Assembly: GCF_006345805.1 (NCBI RefSeq)
Contig: NC_043015.1
Span: forward strand, 11,904,001 to 11,968,000
DNA length: 64,000 nucleotides
Direction of reading: 5' to 3'
From: Octopus sinensis
Taxonomy: Eukaryota
Part shown: positions 25,816-39,796 of the stretch, in pieces
How the letters are laid out: each line of letters begins with the position of its first letter
Numbering within the stretch: the stretch's first letter is position 1
Position numbers and translations under genes: made by a program
The notes under the pieces: model-generated
Told to the model about the DNA's origin: nothing
Seen by the model: the letters and a program-made list of their open reading frames with translations, nothing else
Databases searched by the model: none

Positions 25816-26489
25816 AAAGAGAGAGTATACACCGCTTCTCTGCTTTGGTCGCTATGTAACACAGAGTAATGGACTCCGTATATCACAAACTACCGTGATG
25901 TAGTGGATACCTTTTTCATTTTTTTTTTCACACTCATATATTTACATATATACCGTCCTTTTATCTCCACACAATGAGTATGACTTCCAATATTCCTCAG
26001 TCTTTCGCTAATTGTCGATGAGAACTGACATAGATACTATCTCGTCCCTCTTGCTCCTATATCCATGATCCGGTTGAACGTTGAGAGTTTCACAGCTGAT
26101 GGGAGAGAGAGAGAGATAGCTTCAGAAAGATAAGAGGGAGAAATGGAAAATGATGCGCCTTATTCGCGGACATTTGCGCTGTCAGTCCAGGAATCGATCT
26201 CACGACCATAAGGAGCACTATACCTTCCATCAAAAGCCCACACCTCTTTGGTGTTCGAATGACGATTAGAAGATCGTGAGATCGACTCCAGGACAGGGTT
26301 GACGCATTTTGTTCTTGAGCAAAGCACTACATTTCACGTTGCTCCATATGACTCAACTGAAAATGTATTGTAACCGAGCACTGGTGCAGTCTTCACTACT
26401 ATTGGTCGGACCATCGGTATTCTGCTCGATCAAGTTTGAGACGGGCAAGTGAGAGTCTATTTCTGCTCACAACAAATACTGAATATATA

Positions 26490-26925
26490 ATTGTGTGGTT
26501 AAGAGGCTCGCTTCGCTAAGAAGTGGTTTTGAATTCAACCCCAGTGCATTAGAGTGCCTGCGCAGTGCTTTAGAGAAGTGTCTTGTATTATAGCTTCAGA
26601 GAAAATTTGGTAGACGGAAACTGTATGGAAGTTCGTCGTATATATATATGAGTGTGTGTGTGTATGTGTATATATTTATTTTGTATGTATATGCACGTGT
26701 GTGTGTGTGTGTGTTTATTCTTGTATGTATATGCACTGTATGTGTGTGTTTCTACTTGTATTTGTCCCACCACCACAACTTGACAATCCATGTTGGTTTG
26801 TTTGCGTCCTCTTAACTTAACGGTTCGGTAAAAGAGATCTACAGAATTAAACATTTAAGTACTGGGATCGACTTATTCGGCTAAAACCCGCTGCTGTCCA
26901 ATGACTAAAACAAGTAAAAGATAAG
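26490..26925 (+). mobile_element. Old, degenerate SINE family A copy
   Basis: atttggtagacggaaactg core and tail aaacaagtaaaagata. Confidence 0.7.
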
Positions 26926-28006
26926 CGTAAGTCATAAAAGATACATTCACATATATCTATCCATCCATATGCGTGTATGTGTGTGTGTATAATTTATATA
27001 TGCAAATGCATACACACAGACATAGGTATATCCATGTGCACACACATATATGAGTATAGATAGAGAGAGAGGCGGGAAGAGAGAGAGTTTGAAGAGCTGG
27101 CATTAAATTCACATCACTAAACTAAACGCATTATAGTTTTCATTACTGTGTCTCTTAGAAAATAAAATTAGTACTAAGTGAGTTTGAAATATTCTCGAAG
27201 GATCGTCGGTTCGATATAGTGGTAAAAGAATATAATTTATACATGTAGCGACTAGGAACTATATCTTCTTGTTATATTTATAGCTGTTGTCGCTTACCTT
27301 TGCTGTTAAGAAATGAAATTGTTTAATTATTCTGAAACCCAGTCTGCATGCTAATTAAAAGTTAAGCCAGTGTATGCACACTTGATGCTCTGAACATTAA
27401 AAAGCCTAAGTAAGATTAGTTACGTGATAAACAGAAACGAATATTAATCGTTGACCGATGTTATATTTCCCTTGGCAAGAAACTAGAGACAACTAAGAAT
27501 ATATTTGTTTCTGTTGAAATTATTCAGCAAAGTGTTTGTAAGTATTAACTGTCTCTTCTATTAAAATCTTGCTGAAGGCATATTAGAATAATAATTCAAA
27601 GTTGCATTAAATCTCTTACTTTGCGCCGACAGACATTTATTTCTGGGCTCTTAAAGATTACATCGCTAATACGTCTATATGTTAATACTGAAAAAGTGAA
27701 GTGAATTCAGAATGTCTCGAGTTGTTTTCCGTACTAACTGATAGCTTAAATATTATATGTTGAACCGAGAAATTTTAATTAAAGAAAATAGTAGTAATAT
27801 TGACAAAAATTAATTAATTAATATCATAATGATTAATACTGATCAAGAAGAGCGAGAGAAACATAATGTAAAATTTGAATTAATTAAATATTGAATGTAG
27901 TTGGAATTGAATGTGATCTTCGGCTGTAAAACGACAACTCAGGTCTTGTTTCGGTTATAATTAAATCTATTTGGGCAAAAATTCATCTTACATGACTACA
28001 GAACTG

Positions 28007-28222
28007 AAGGCGGTGAGCTAGCAGAATCGTTAGCTCGCCGGGCTAAATGCTTAGTGGTATTTCGTCCGTCTTTACGTTCTGAGTTCAAATTCCACCGAGG
28101 TTGACGTTGCCTTTCATCATTTCGGGTCGACAAAATAAGTACCAGTTGTGTACTGGAGTCGTGGAACAACCAATTAGACCCTTCCACGAAATTGCTGTTT
28201 TTTGCACCAAAATTTGAAATCA
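28007..28222 (+). mobile_element. SINE family C
   Basis: aaggcggtgagctagcagaatcgttagc...ttctgagttcaaattcc. Confidence 0.85.
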
Positions 28223-29080
28223 TTGCGAAAACTTACGTGAATTATATCCTAGGGCTTTAGCTGCACAAAAATATAAATAAATAGTCCCAACAAAAATTAA
28301 TTACATGGAAAAATGCGAGCAAGAGAAATAATTTTCTTGAGACAATTTATTACACTAGAAAAAGTTCAAGACAACTTATTACATCTGGTAAAGTACAGAA
28401 AAAGAAAATTTTTTACTTATAATATTGTAGCTAAGGATAAAATTTCAAATAAAATATTTAGATTTAAAAAATATTAGCTTTTATTAAAACTAAAAATTTT
28501 ATTAAAAATTATTACTTCTATTTATTATTGTTACTTCTATTAAAAATAAAATATAACTCAAAATATTTTTTCACTTTAAAAAATTCATTTTTAAAATTAT
28601 TAATTAATAATTAGAAATTTCAAAATAGGTTGTAAAAAATAATAGTCGTACATAATTAGTTAGTGCAATAAATAGAATAATATAAAAATTAGTTATATAT
28701 TACAGTAAATCTACTTATAACAATAAGTTCACAGTGAAATTTGATTGAGTTATTACCTAAGATATTGTCAAGTCTTCACTTTTTTAGTCTTTTCATAAAA
28801 CCTTAGCTTTATTGGTACTTCTGGCTCTCATGTTTTAAGTATTCTCTCATTTTTTAAGTATCTATGCCAAAATGTAGCTACATTGGTTAAGAACTGAATT
28901 AGTGACAAGCTCTGAAAGATGCTTTTTATGACTAAATTGCGGCCTTAAGAATATTATTCAATTATTCAACAACTACCGTAGTTGAATGATGTAAACTAAT
29001 ATGTCTCTATTGTTGTTTACGATAAGTATTCAGTTGAGTTCGTGTGTAAGTAGCTGGGTATTACAAAACTATCTTCTCTT

Positions 29081-29280
29081 AAGCGGCGAGTTGGCAGAAT
29101 CGTTAGCACGCCGGGCGAAATGCTTAGCAGTATTTCGTCTGTGCTGAGTTCAAATTCCGCCGAGGTCGACTTTGTCTTTCATCCTTTCGGGGTCGATAAA
29201 TTAAGTACCAGTTGCGTACTGGGTTTGATCTAATCGACTGGCCCCCTCGCCCCAAATTTCGGCCTTGTACCTAAAGTATG
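29081..29280 (+). mobile_element. SINE family C
   Basis: aagcggcgagttggcagaatcgttagcacgccgggcgaaatgcttagc. Confidence 0.88.
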
Positions 29281-29317
29281 AGAAAAAAACCTTAACCAGA
29301 AAAGTGTTACAAAGTGT

Positions 29318-29989
29318 GGATCTTTTCCTTTTGAACAGTACGCAATTTCTAGTTAACTAAACACATTAAAACTTCGTATACTGGTAGAATGTATCAAAAT
29401 AATACATTTTTTTCTCTTAGCTTTCTTGATAAAATTGTAATTCGTTTCTTTAACGTAGTTTAATTTTTCGAATGTTAACCAATGAATCGCCTCAAATTGA
29501 GCTAAAATCATTTGCGTCTAAAACTGAGACAACATCCTATCACTAACCCTAAACCTCACCCTAACTCTAACCCTAACCCTAACCCTAATTTTTTTTCTTA
29601 ATTGTTAAATTAATTTAATTGTTACGCGTGTAAAAAAACGAAAGTAATGGAAAATAATTTAAACAATTAACAAACAAAATAATTCTATAATTTTATACAC
29701 ACGCTTTCCGTACGTATACGGGTTAGGGTTAGGGTTAGGGTGAGGTTTAGGATTAGTGACAGGATGTTATCTCAGTTTTAGACGTAGCAAATTATTTTAG
29801 CTCAATGGAGGTTAAAATTGTCGAAATGCTCGGAATTTCAGACGAAATATCTTACAAACTATAGAATTTTCTCAATAAAACCAAGAGAAAATGATGTTTT
29901 ATAAACACATTCTACCAGTATACGAAGTTTAAAACTTTTTAGTTACCTAGAAATTATGTTACAAAGTGCCGTTCAAAAGGAAAAGATCC
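29318..29989. mobile_element. MITE/foldback element with ~270-bp TIRs containing telomeric (CCCTAA)n/(TTAGGG)n and an 8-bp TSD
   Basis: Termini GGATCTTTTCCTTTTGAAC / GTTCAAAAGGAAAAGATCC. TSD CAAAGTGT at 29310-29317 and 29990-29997. Telomere-like arrays at 29543-29588 and 29720-29757. Confidence 0.85.
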
Positions 29990-30159
29990 CAAAGTGTCAC
30001 AAGGGTGGTAATATCAATTACATTAACATTAAACATGAATTCAAGTAAACGATATTTCCTGTATATAACAAAACAGAAAAGAGGAAATACTAATGTTTTA
30101 GTTTTATTCATTCTTCAGTACACGTGTTTCATTTGTTACTAAGAAATACAAAGATATAC

Positions 30160-31034
30160 TTGGTGCATTGTTATTCTGAAAGACTGCGTTTCCCTCTGGA
30201 AACAGTTCCGCATCGGATGAATTTGATCAGATAAAAGGCTTAAATTGTCTTGACTATTAATTCTGCCATGAAGGGAAACCATTACGCCGGTGGATTTCCA
30301 AGATATAGCCCCACCTCCCAGATCATCACAGATCCTCCTCCATGTTTAACAGTTAGAAGAAGGCAGTCTTGGTCAAATGCTTCTTTTGACTGTCTTCACA
30401 CGTAAGCTCGGCCGGTAGTCGAAAACAAGGTAATGGATGACTCGTCCGAGAAAATAACATTCTTCCACTGCTTTGAAAGTTGAAGTTTTCTGATTGCAGC
30501 CCTCCCATGAAATCTGGCTTTGTGCAGCTCCCGGCGAACAGTTTTTGAGGAAACTGTGTTCTCGAGGTGGTCATTAAGCTCTGCAGTACTTTTGGGAGCT
30601 GTACTTTTGAGATCCTTTCTAACAATTCGCATAAGAATCCGACGGTCCGTATCTGAAAGTTTTGTCTTTCTTCCGGAGTTTTGTTTCAACGAAGATGTGT
30701 TTCCTTCTTTCTCAAAGGCTGTCATGACTTTCGAGACAGTACTTCTTGATACACAAAATATTTCGGCTGTTTTCGTTAGGCTAGCGCCTGCCATAGCAGC
30801 ACCTGCATTTTGACCTCTTTGGAAGTCCGATAGATTTGGCATTTTAATGAATCTTAATTATCTTTCTCTCAACATATCTGAAAAGAAACAGCAATTTTAG
30901 CAAAACCTATTAAGTAATACTAATGATAAATAAAAAAAAAACATAAAACTAAAGAAGCTTTTGGCGGTTTTATAGATATTTCAAAATTATGATGCTATGA
31001 TGCTAGGTTTTTCCCTTATTTTGTCCAACTCCTG
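30160..31034 (-). mobile_element. Tc1-family transposon, 3'-truncated and internally deleted (transposase ORF 30396-30842)
   Basis: MPNLSDFQRGQ...SRSTVSKV...SGRKTKLS...KNVIFSDES, then KHGGGSVMIW and AVFQNNNAP. 5' TIR CAGGAGTTGGACAAAATAAGGG is preceded by TA. Confidence 0.9.
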
Positions 31035-31114
31035 TATCTATATATATGTATATATATATTTGTGTGTGAGTATATATATATATATATATATATATACGTG
31101 TGTGTGCGCGCACA

Positions 31115-31290
31115 CGCGCGTGTTCGGGTTTGTTCTCCATGTAAATTAGCAGTTCGGCAATAGAGACCGATAGAACAATGCCATGCTTTAGAAAATTAAG
31201 TCCTGGAGTCGAGTCATTCGACTAAAATGTCTCGAAGGCGGTGCCCCCAGCATGGCCACAGTCTAATGACTGAAGCAAGTAAAAGATAAT
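31115..31290 (+). mobile_element. 3' fragment of a diverged SINE family A copy
   Basis: gttcggcaatagagaccgatagaa...aaggcggtgcccccagcatggcc. Confidence 0.75.
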
Positions 31291-31534
31291 GACGACAAAA
31301 AACAGTCGTCCATACTCTACCAACATGCCAAAGACCACCATGGAGACAACTTGGGTCAACTTGACATCGGCATCTTATCCAAGCACGCCAAAGACCCAAA
31401 ACTGAGACAAATACGGGAGTACGTCCTTATAAATGAAACCTCCCAAATACTAAATAGGAAATATACATAGTAGATATAATACCTCCATACCCACAGTTTA
31501 CACAGGTAGAGTAGAATAGTTAGTGGACTGTTAT

Positions 31535-31940
31535 TACTCTTTTACTCTTTTACTTGTTTCAGTCATTTGACTGCGGCCATGCTGGAGCACCGCCTTTAAT
31601 CGAGCAACTCGACCCCGGGACTTATTCTTTTTGTAAGCCCAGTACTTATTCTATCGAACTCTTTTGCCGAACCGCTAAGTAACGGGGACATAAACACACC
31701 AGTATCGGTTGTCAAGCAATGCTAGGGTGACAAACACAGACACACAAACAAACACATATATATATATATATACATATATACGACAGGCTTCTTTCAGTTT
31801 CCGTCCTACCAAATCCACTCACAAGGCATTGGTCGGCCCGGGGCTATAGCAGAAGACACTTTGCCCAAGATGCCACGCAGTGGGACTGAACCCGGAACAA
31901 TGTGGTTGGTTAGCAAGCTACTTACCACACAGCCACTCGT
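31535..31940 (-). mobile_element. SINE family A, full length
   Basis: Reverse complement of 7159-7560. Confidence 0.92.
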
Positions 31941-31944
31941 AGAT

Positions 31945-32500
31945 TTATCTAGATATATGTATGTATGTATTTTGTGGGTGGGTGTGAGTGTGTGTGTATG
32001 CACATGTATTTTTGTTTTGTATGCAACCATATGGATATGAAAATAAACAGATCAACATACAGACATATAGGTACATAGGTTATAAGAACTGACAAGCACA
32101 CATACGCAAATGGAGATTGACACACATGGTCATATATACACACACACTTTACTCCACACAAGGACGCATATGGAGACATGGAGCCACGGATCCACACATA
32201 TAGAGACGCACATCCATCCATATATACAAACATGGTACATAGTTGCATAAAACACACAGACACAGACATGCACACACAATGAAACAGAGATGCATACATA
32301 TACAAACACACGCTCACACACACACATACATAGAAAAAATACAAACACAGACATACAAGCACATGAATATACAGGATACATACACATGCACACACAAACA
32401 CATATATACATACATACACATGCATACATACATACAAACATACATACGTACATGTATGCATGCATTGTCACACACACTAACCCATACACATGCGCACAAA
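31945..32500. repeat. (CA)/(TA)-rich low-complexity tract
   Basis: Direct reading. Confidence 0.8.
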
Positions 32501-32740
32501 CAAATAAAAAGGAACGCAGTGTAAATAACGGACAGAGTCAAGACTATTGAAAAGGTTGCAAGACGCAACGAAAATTTTAAGAAAATAAAAATAAGAAATA
32601 AGTGGAAATTTTACCGGTGAGTGTTACATTATAAGGCACAAAAAGAAAATGACTCTACCCAGACACAACAGAATATGCTTCAACACATGAACTCATAAAG
32701 AATCTTGCAAACTAAATCCAAAATCGAAATATATATATAT

Positions 32741-32970
32741 ACCGGAGTAAAAACATAAATGTGAAACAAGGTGGAAAAAAGAGTACTCAAATACCAGTGG
32801 TAGAGTAATATGCTTTATTTAAAGCAGCAGAAAATTCAACAAAACCTGTTACTCTGAGTTTCCCGTTGCCGTTCATCGGACAGTTTTTTCTAGCAAAAAC
32901 TGTCCGATGAACGGCAACGGGAAACTCAGAGTAACAGGTTTTGTTGAATTTTCTGCTGCTTTAAATAAAG
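32741..32970. mobile_element. Family D repeat ending in a near-perfect 158-bp palindrome (arms 32813-32888 and 32895-32970)
   Basis: 76-bp arms centred on CTAG. Each arm carries an HHR-like fold (32846-32883 minus, 32900-32937 plus). Confidence 0.9.
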
Positions 32971-33002
<32 letters not shown>

Positions 33003-33029
33003 TGTGTGTGTGTGAGTATCTTGCCATCT

Positions 33030-33500
33030 TTTTAGGAATATGGATTTACTATATACACATTGAATCTTTAAGCTATTTTCAGTAAACATTGGTGCTTTTT
33101 TGTACCACTACTCTATATTTGTACTTCTACCTTTACGGTGCCTTATTTTACTGGAAAGTAATACATTTGCATTGCAATATTTTATTTTTCATTGAAACTT
33201 TTTTCACTGTTCTCGATCTGTTAACGGCTAGAGGTTCAAACGAGAATACTGGCATTGATGTAGCAACATTTGAAATATTGTCCAGGTAAATCCAGCTGAA
33301 ACCTAGGTACTGGATTATCCGATTCTGTGTTGTCCGTTAATATAATGTTCTTCCTAGAGGTAAGACAAAATTGTATGTTTCCTGCCCTCACACGTCTTTG
33401 CCAGTATATACACATTGAAGTTTTACTATAGTGTTGTAGATGTATTGACTGCTATTTCCAGTAAATATTGGTACTCTGCTGTACCACTACTCTATATTTA
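33030..33500 (+). mobile_element. Diverged copy (~1.3 units) of the 426-bp HHR repeat family at 56.3-57.6 kb
   Basis: Shared blocks tttactggaaag.aatac, attgaaactt.ttcactgt.ctcg, ggcattgatg..gcaacatttgaaat.ttgtc.aggta and gaggtaagacaa. The unit restarts at atatacacattgaa (33051, 33406). Confidence 0.85.
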
Positions 33501-33503
33501 TAA

Positions 33504-33609
<106 letters not shown>

Positions 33610-33639
33610 GTATATATATATATATATATTCTTGTATAT

Positions 33640-33800
33640 CTACCACGACCTTCTACATAGTTTCCGTCTACGAACTTTTTGCTCTCAGGTCATTGGCAAA
33701 TGAGAGGCTACGGGTTAGGTCGTTTACTGAAGGTGATTGATTGAACTCAAAACTGCGTGCTTCTGAAGCAAACCACTTAGCGATACATCCATATCCGCGC
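33640..33800 (-). mobile_element. Degenerate 5' half of a SINE family A-like element
   Basis: agtttccgtctac motif and a tRNA-like head remnant. Confidence 0.45.
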
Positions 33801-33917
33801 TGCGCTCAACTATAGAGGAATGAAAAGAAAAAGAAAATCACCTCTCTCAATCTCTGTCTATCTCTGTTTCTTTATTGCGATCATTCTCAATCTGTATCGC
33901 TCACTCTCGCTCTTTCA

Positions 33918-33981
<64 letters not shown>

Positions 33982-34868
33982 TTTCCTTTCTCTTTCTCCC
34001 TCTATCTGGCAAAGAATGAAACAAGCCTATACTCCAATTTACTGTTAATAATTAATCCTAAAGGGACATATGTAAGTCCTCAAAGACAGGTAGAATGGTG
34101 CAACAAATCAGTTAACAACCAGCGTTAGATGTTGGAGATTTGATGTAATGAAAGAGAAATTATCGAGAATTTATCTGAAATTCGGATAACGATCGGACGG
34201 AATTGAAAAGAATACAGAGAATACAGAGTAGGATGTGTGTATGTAAGTGACGGTGGTGGGGGTTAAAAATGTAATGTGTGCTGAGAGAGAAATGGCCAAC
34301 GTCATGCTGACATGTTTCCAAAAGTAATATGAAATGTAAGTGAAGAGTTTCCAATAGAAATATATTAAATGAATGCCTACGGAATTCCGAGTCTCGGAGA
34401 TTTGCCCAGTCCAACTCAATCGCCTTTTGTATGATCTGGTAATTTATTTCACATTGCTGAGGCAAATGGCAATCAACTTGACAGTTAATTTAATATAGGG
34501 TTCTTTCCCAGTTTCGATATTGAACCGACGCCACAATGTATATGACATGCACAAAAGACTAGTTGCAGTCTACGATGTTAAAAGTAAATTAATTCTTAGC
34601 TGATGTACAGAACAATTTCAGCTTATGAAGATGTCCAATTTTGGATTTACAGCTGTTATGTGTAAGTGCGTTTGTGTGTGTATGTGCGTATGCGTATCTG
34701 TGTATAAATATCTATATACATTTGCATACATATGTGTACAGATGTATGCATGTACGAGCAATGACTATGTGTCTATCAATCTATTTATCCATCAAAATTT
34801 AGCGCAATCTTTAAAAAGAATTACAAATCCATAACACACGCGCGTGAACACACATACGCGTGCGTATC

Positions 34869-34899
<31 letters not shown>

Positions 34900-35389
34900 G
34901 CATATATATATGTATATACATGTAAACACTCTCAAACACTTATATACTCACAAATAATGCATATATGTGTATATGTCTACGTATATATATATATAATATA
35001 TATATATATACATACACAGACACTTACATACACATACACACACATACACACACATACATTCACACATATATTACACAATGACTTGCATATTTATTTTTGA
35101 TACGTTCCTGCAGATTCGAACTTAAGTATGCTAATCGTTGTTCTGTTTCGTCACATAAGATCAACGTTTTCCCACGAATGTGTGTCCATAACACACTTGA
35201 TTCAGAAACGCAAGAGATTCGGAAACAAACTGGTTATCTGACATCGTTGTGTCTTGTCGGCTACAGACAACCCAAACTAATCATTCTGATAAGCATCGAA
35301 GCTATTGTTTATAGCTTCATTCGTATACATGACTGTGATTCGCCTCCTTTTGTTTAAGTGTTCTGATGATACGAAGTATTATTTTTATT

Positions 35390-36140
35390 ATGGCCGCTAC
35401 CCGAGAAGCATCAGCAAAGCCCACACGCCACACTTCTCAGTCCGATATCACTGCTTCGAGGTCCTGCATGTATTCCAGGCCGGTGTCTGATATCAAGTTG
35501 TTGAAGTAAGTGTGACGACATTTTCCTCTTCTTACATCACCATGAAGTAAATTCCACAAGTTCCAAGTCAGGGTGACACACGCAGTCACCAGATAACCGC
35601 AGCCATTTTTGCCTGATCTTCTCGCTAAGTTTTGGCAGATCACCACAAAAGCATTTGTTTGTCATATGGCATTTCACATTTATGGCTATTCGTAGAATCC
35701 TTGTGTCACATCCATCAAACCCGTTTGATAATTTCTTTGTCAATGTCCAAGTTTCACTGACATATAATAACACTGATTCGTCTGTTTCAATGACTGACCA
35801 GCTTGATATTGATTCGTCTTGGCAATTTGGAGTTCCAGACCTTTAGTTTGTAACAATTTTCTTTTTGAAATTATGTGGCACAAACTTTACGGTTGCCTTT
35901 CTGTTCAGAACTTTAACGGAGAGTCCAGCTAAAATTTTCAGCAATTACCTCAGGTAAATTCACAATGTGATCACCAACCGTTTTCATAGAAGTTCGACAA
36001 GATAAGTATTTTTTACTGGAGGTTCTGGTGCACAATGCGTATGGCTTAACGAAGTCTCCTCACTGGATTGAAAATGTTTACTAACATTTTGTTCTGCAGT
36101 ATAGCATGGAAACGAAGCACTGCAAGCGTCCTTTTAATTC
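35390..36140 (-). mobile_element. RTE-clade LINE, degenerate C-terminal part of the RT ORF
   Basis: LLYVSETWTLTKKLSNGFDGCDTRILR...GDLPKLSEKIRQKWLRLSGDC matches the RTE LLYGSETWTL motif region; upstream WNSKLPR. Confidence 0.8.
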
Positions 36141-36439
36141 ATTTGTCGATCTTCTGCTAGGAATGAGTTTTATATGCATATAAGTGCATCTTAATTACTT
36201 GAGCCTTAATATTAGTACGATTATAAGCAGTAACTCTGTAGAAAGTTCAAGAGGGTTATGAACGGTCATCATGGGTGAAACAAGTCCGGCTTATTACCTT
36301 TGTTCTATCCAAATATATGTTGCCTATAATGATAACGTATTTTCAAGCTGTTCATTACGTACGGTATTGGTTATACTATATGGAAAAATGTGTAGTACAG
36401 TAAAAGATTCTTTGAAAAGAACTCCATATCTAACACGCA

Positions 36440-36455
36440 CACATGCACACACATA

Positions 36456-36492
<37 letters not shown>

Positions 36493-36794
36493 TCACACAC
36501 ACACAGAGACACATATATACACGCACACATACACACACAAACACACATATACAGACACACACACATACATACATACATGCATATATATGCATGTGTGCGT
36601 GTGGGTATGTATATGTACATATGTATGTATGTATGTATGTATGTATGCATGTATATATACATATATATATAGGTTGTATGCATTGCTTCTTATTTATTTG
36701 TTAAATAATATAAACTCGGCATATGTTAAGTGCTTATATTTATATATATACATATATTGTGTGCGTATAATATATGATATACATATACATATGT

Positions 36795-36827
<33 letters not shown>

Positions 36828-37070
36828 ACTATATACTCTATGTATGTATGTATGTATGTATCTACGTATGTATGTGTGTATGTATGTATGTATGTGTGTA
36901 TGTATGTATTTGTGTATGTATGTATGTCTGTTTGTATGTATGAATGTAAAAACACGCCCATATACACATTAGTATATACAATCATATTTCCTCACACGAT
37001 TACTTATAAGAACGATTTCAGCATTCAGAACACTGATTGCATAAATTGTGTGTGTGTGTGTGTGTGTTTG

Positions 37071-37145
<75 letters not shown>

Positions 37146-37636
37146 GAGAGAGAGAGCGTGTGTAAATTCGCATATATACGTACATGGATACATACATACA
37201 TGCATACATATATAGATTGATACATACAAAATTTCGAGGCCGTATCCACCCATTCGCTTACTATTAAAACTTTCTTCTGAATAACTTAATAAATTTTCTA
37301 AAGTTAATAGATTTAATAACGTTGTTGAAATTATAAAATCAACAACTTAGAAATTCTCTTTATTGTGAAACTCAAGAGATATGTCAATACGACGAAATTC
37401 TGAAACCAAGTTTTGAAATCATAATTTCCATACTTTTAACCTAAACGCATCCTTCACTTGTCGAGCTATATTTATTTTGAGCTGCGACATTTCAAAATTC
37501 AATAACTGCAGTTTCAGTTTGCAATAATAAAGTAAATATACATACATACATACATACATACATACATACATAACAGATACATATATATACATAATACATA
37601 TATGCATATATATATATATATATATATTTATATATT

Positions 37637-37688
<52 letters not shown>

Positions 37689-37924
37689 TATGTATATATA
37701 TATATATGCATATGTATATATATGTGCATATATATATATGTAATGTATATATGTATGTATGCATGTATGTATAGATGCATATGAATAAAAATATACATAT
37801 GTAGGTATATTGTTGTGTGATGTGTGCGAGTGTGTCATATCTGTGTGAGTGTTTCCACATACATATATACATTCATATATATACATGTATACAGACACAT
37901 GTGTCTATAAACACATATGTATGT

Positions 37925-37974
<50 letters not shown>

Positions 37975-38024
37975 ATGTGCATTATATATATATATATATA
38001 TATATATGAGTGTGTGTATATGTG

Positions 38025-38076
<52 letters not shown>

Positions 38077-38279
38077 GCTCCGGTGGATATGCGTACGTGC
38101 GTGCGTATATATACTTTCCTTCCAACATTAACACAGTGACAAGAAAGAAGCAATATATCGGTTGCTGTATAACGAATTTATACGAATATATACGAAGATG
38201 TTTTGCACATAATTCAATAAATAAATTATATCATATTACACAACCTACACAATATACATATACACATATGTATACATAC

Positions 38280-38335
<56 letters not shown>
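36440..38335. repeat. Large mosaic of (CA)n, (TATG)n, (GT)n, (GA)n and (TA)n tracts
   Basis: Direct reading. Confidence 0.85.
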
Positions 38336-38337
<2 letters not shown>

Positions 38338-38349
38338 GATGTGTATATA

Positions 38350-38401
38350 CGATGATATTGATGATGATGATGATGATGATGACGACGACGACGACGACGA
38401 C

Positions 38402-38458
<57 letters not shown>

Positions 38459-38510
38459 GGTGGTGATGATGATGATGATGATGATGATGGTCGTCGTCGT
38501 CGTGGTTGTG
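38350..38510. repeat. Compound trinucleotide tract (GAT)n(GAC)n(GAT)n(GGT)n(GAT)n(CGT)n
   Basis: Direct reading. Confidence 0.95.
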
Positions 38511-39796
38511 GAGGTGGTACCCTCAAGATATGGCGAGCTAACAATATTGTTTGGGAGCCGAATAGAATATTTTGCAGTATCTATTTCCATTTTCTGCTTA
38601 CTAAGTTCAAATACCACTGAGTTATACTTTTGATTCTCAGAATAGCTGGATGACATTTTAATGTGCTAGCCCACAGTAGAGGTGTGACGGTATTTTTAGA
38701 CCGTGGGATGTGTTAATAGCTTACTATATTTGTATATGTAATACCATGGCGTTTTTTTTTGGGGGGGGGGTTGTCAGCAGCTCTTGCGACGATACCGACT
38801 GACTATCAGTTAGTATTGCCTAACAACATTAACTGACTGTTCTCTTTGCTTTGAAAAATATCAGTTGAGACTATAGATTTGTATACATGGGAAACCGATA
38901 GTCTTCTATAAAAATAATCTTTTCCAAAGTCTGCACCTTGCTTCGGAACCATTCTACAGGCTTATATTTAGACTGTTTTGAACGACGACAAATGACGTTA
39001 CGTATTGCTATCTATTGCAAACGCGCTTGAAAACACAACTAAAATGGTTTGAGTAGCTGGGGGCCATGATGTAATTAAAGAAAAGAAGCACTATACAGAT
39101 TTTCAGCTAATTAGAAGGGTAATTAGACCTTCCGAGTGGTCCAGTAAAATGCATACACATTTGGTCTTGATAGTAATCGTATAAGCTTATAAATATGGGA
39201 AATTGATAGTCTCCTATAAAAAGAAACTTCACCTAGATCTGAAATTTGTTTGAATAATTTTCCATAACCAGATACATAGACTGTCTATAAGAGATGGCAG
39301 CTGAAATAGATGCTCAAGAGGAGACGACAACGAACTATCAAAGAATCAATTTACGTGCAAGAAATAGGAGGCAAATAGTCATTCTCAAATTCCTCACTAA
39401 CGTGTTAAAAAGTTGTTAAAATTTAAATTTTAGATGAAATCAAAGAGAATATATTCTGCAGAAAAGAAGATAAAATCGTCCGAAATTGAATGTCGGTTGA
39501 ATGAGGCTTAACCAACAGATAAATATTATTTAGTGGAGCGAATGCGGTTAGGGAACACCAGCGGACACTATTCTGCATGAAGGTGGCTACAAACCCTTTA
39601 AAATGTTCAAAATATATGCAAATACTAATAAACAATAAAATGGCACTGACAACAACTACAGCGATAATAATATGAAATACTGTTCCTGATTCACACAGAA
39701 TAAATTTTAAATAAATGTGTCACTCCCATATATAAACAACGTAAATATGACAAAAAATAATCTAAAAATTCAGCAACGCAACTCTAACAATATTGT

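Noticed and set aside
30105-30135. Minus-strand GAAACACGTGTA next to CTGAAGA
   Set aside because: The HHR elements are present but no helix I or II can be formed in a workable order.
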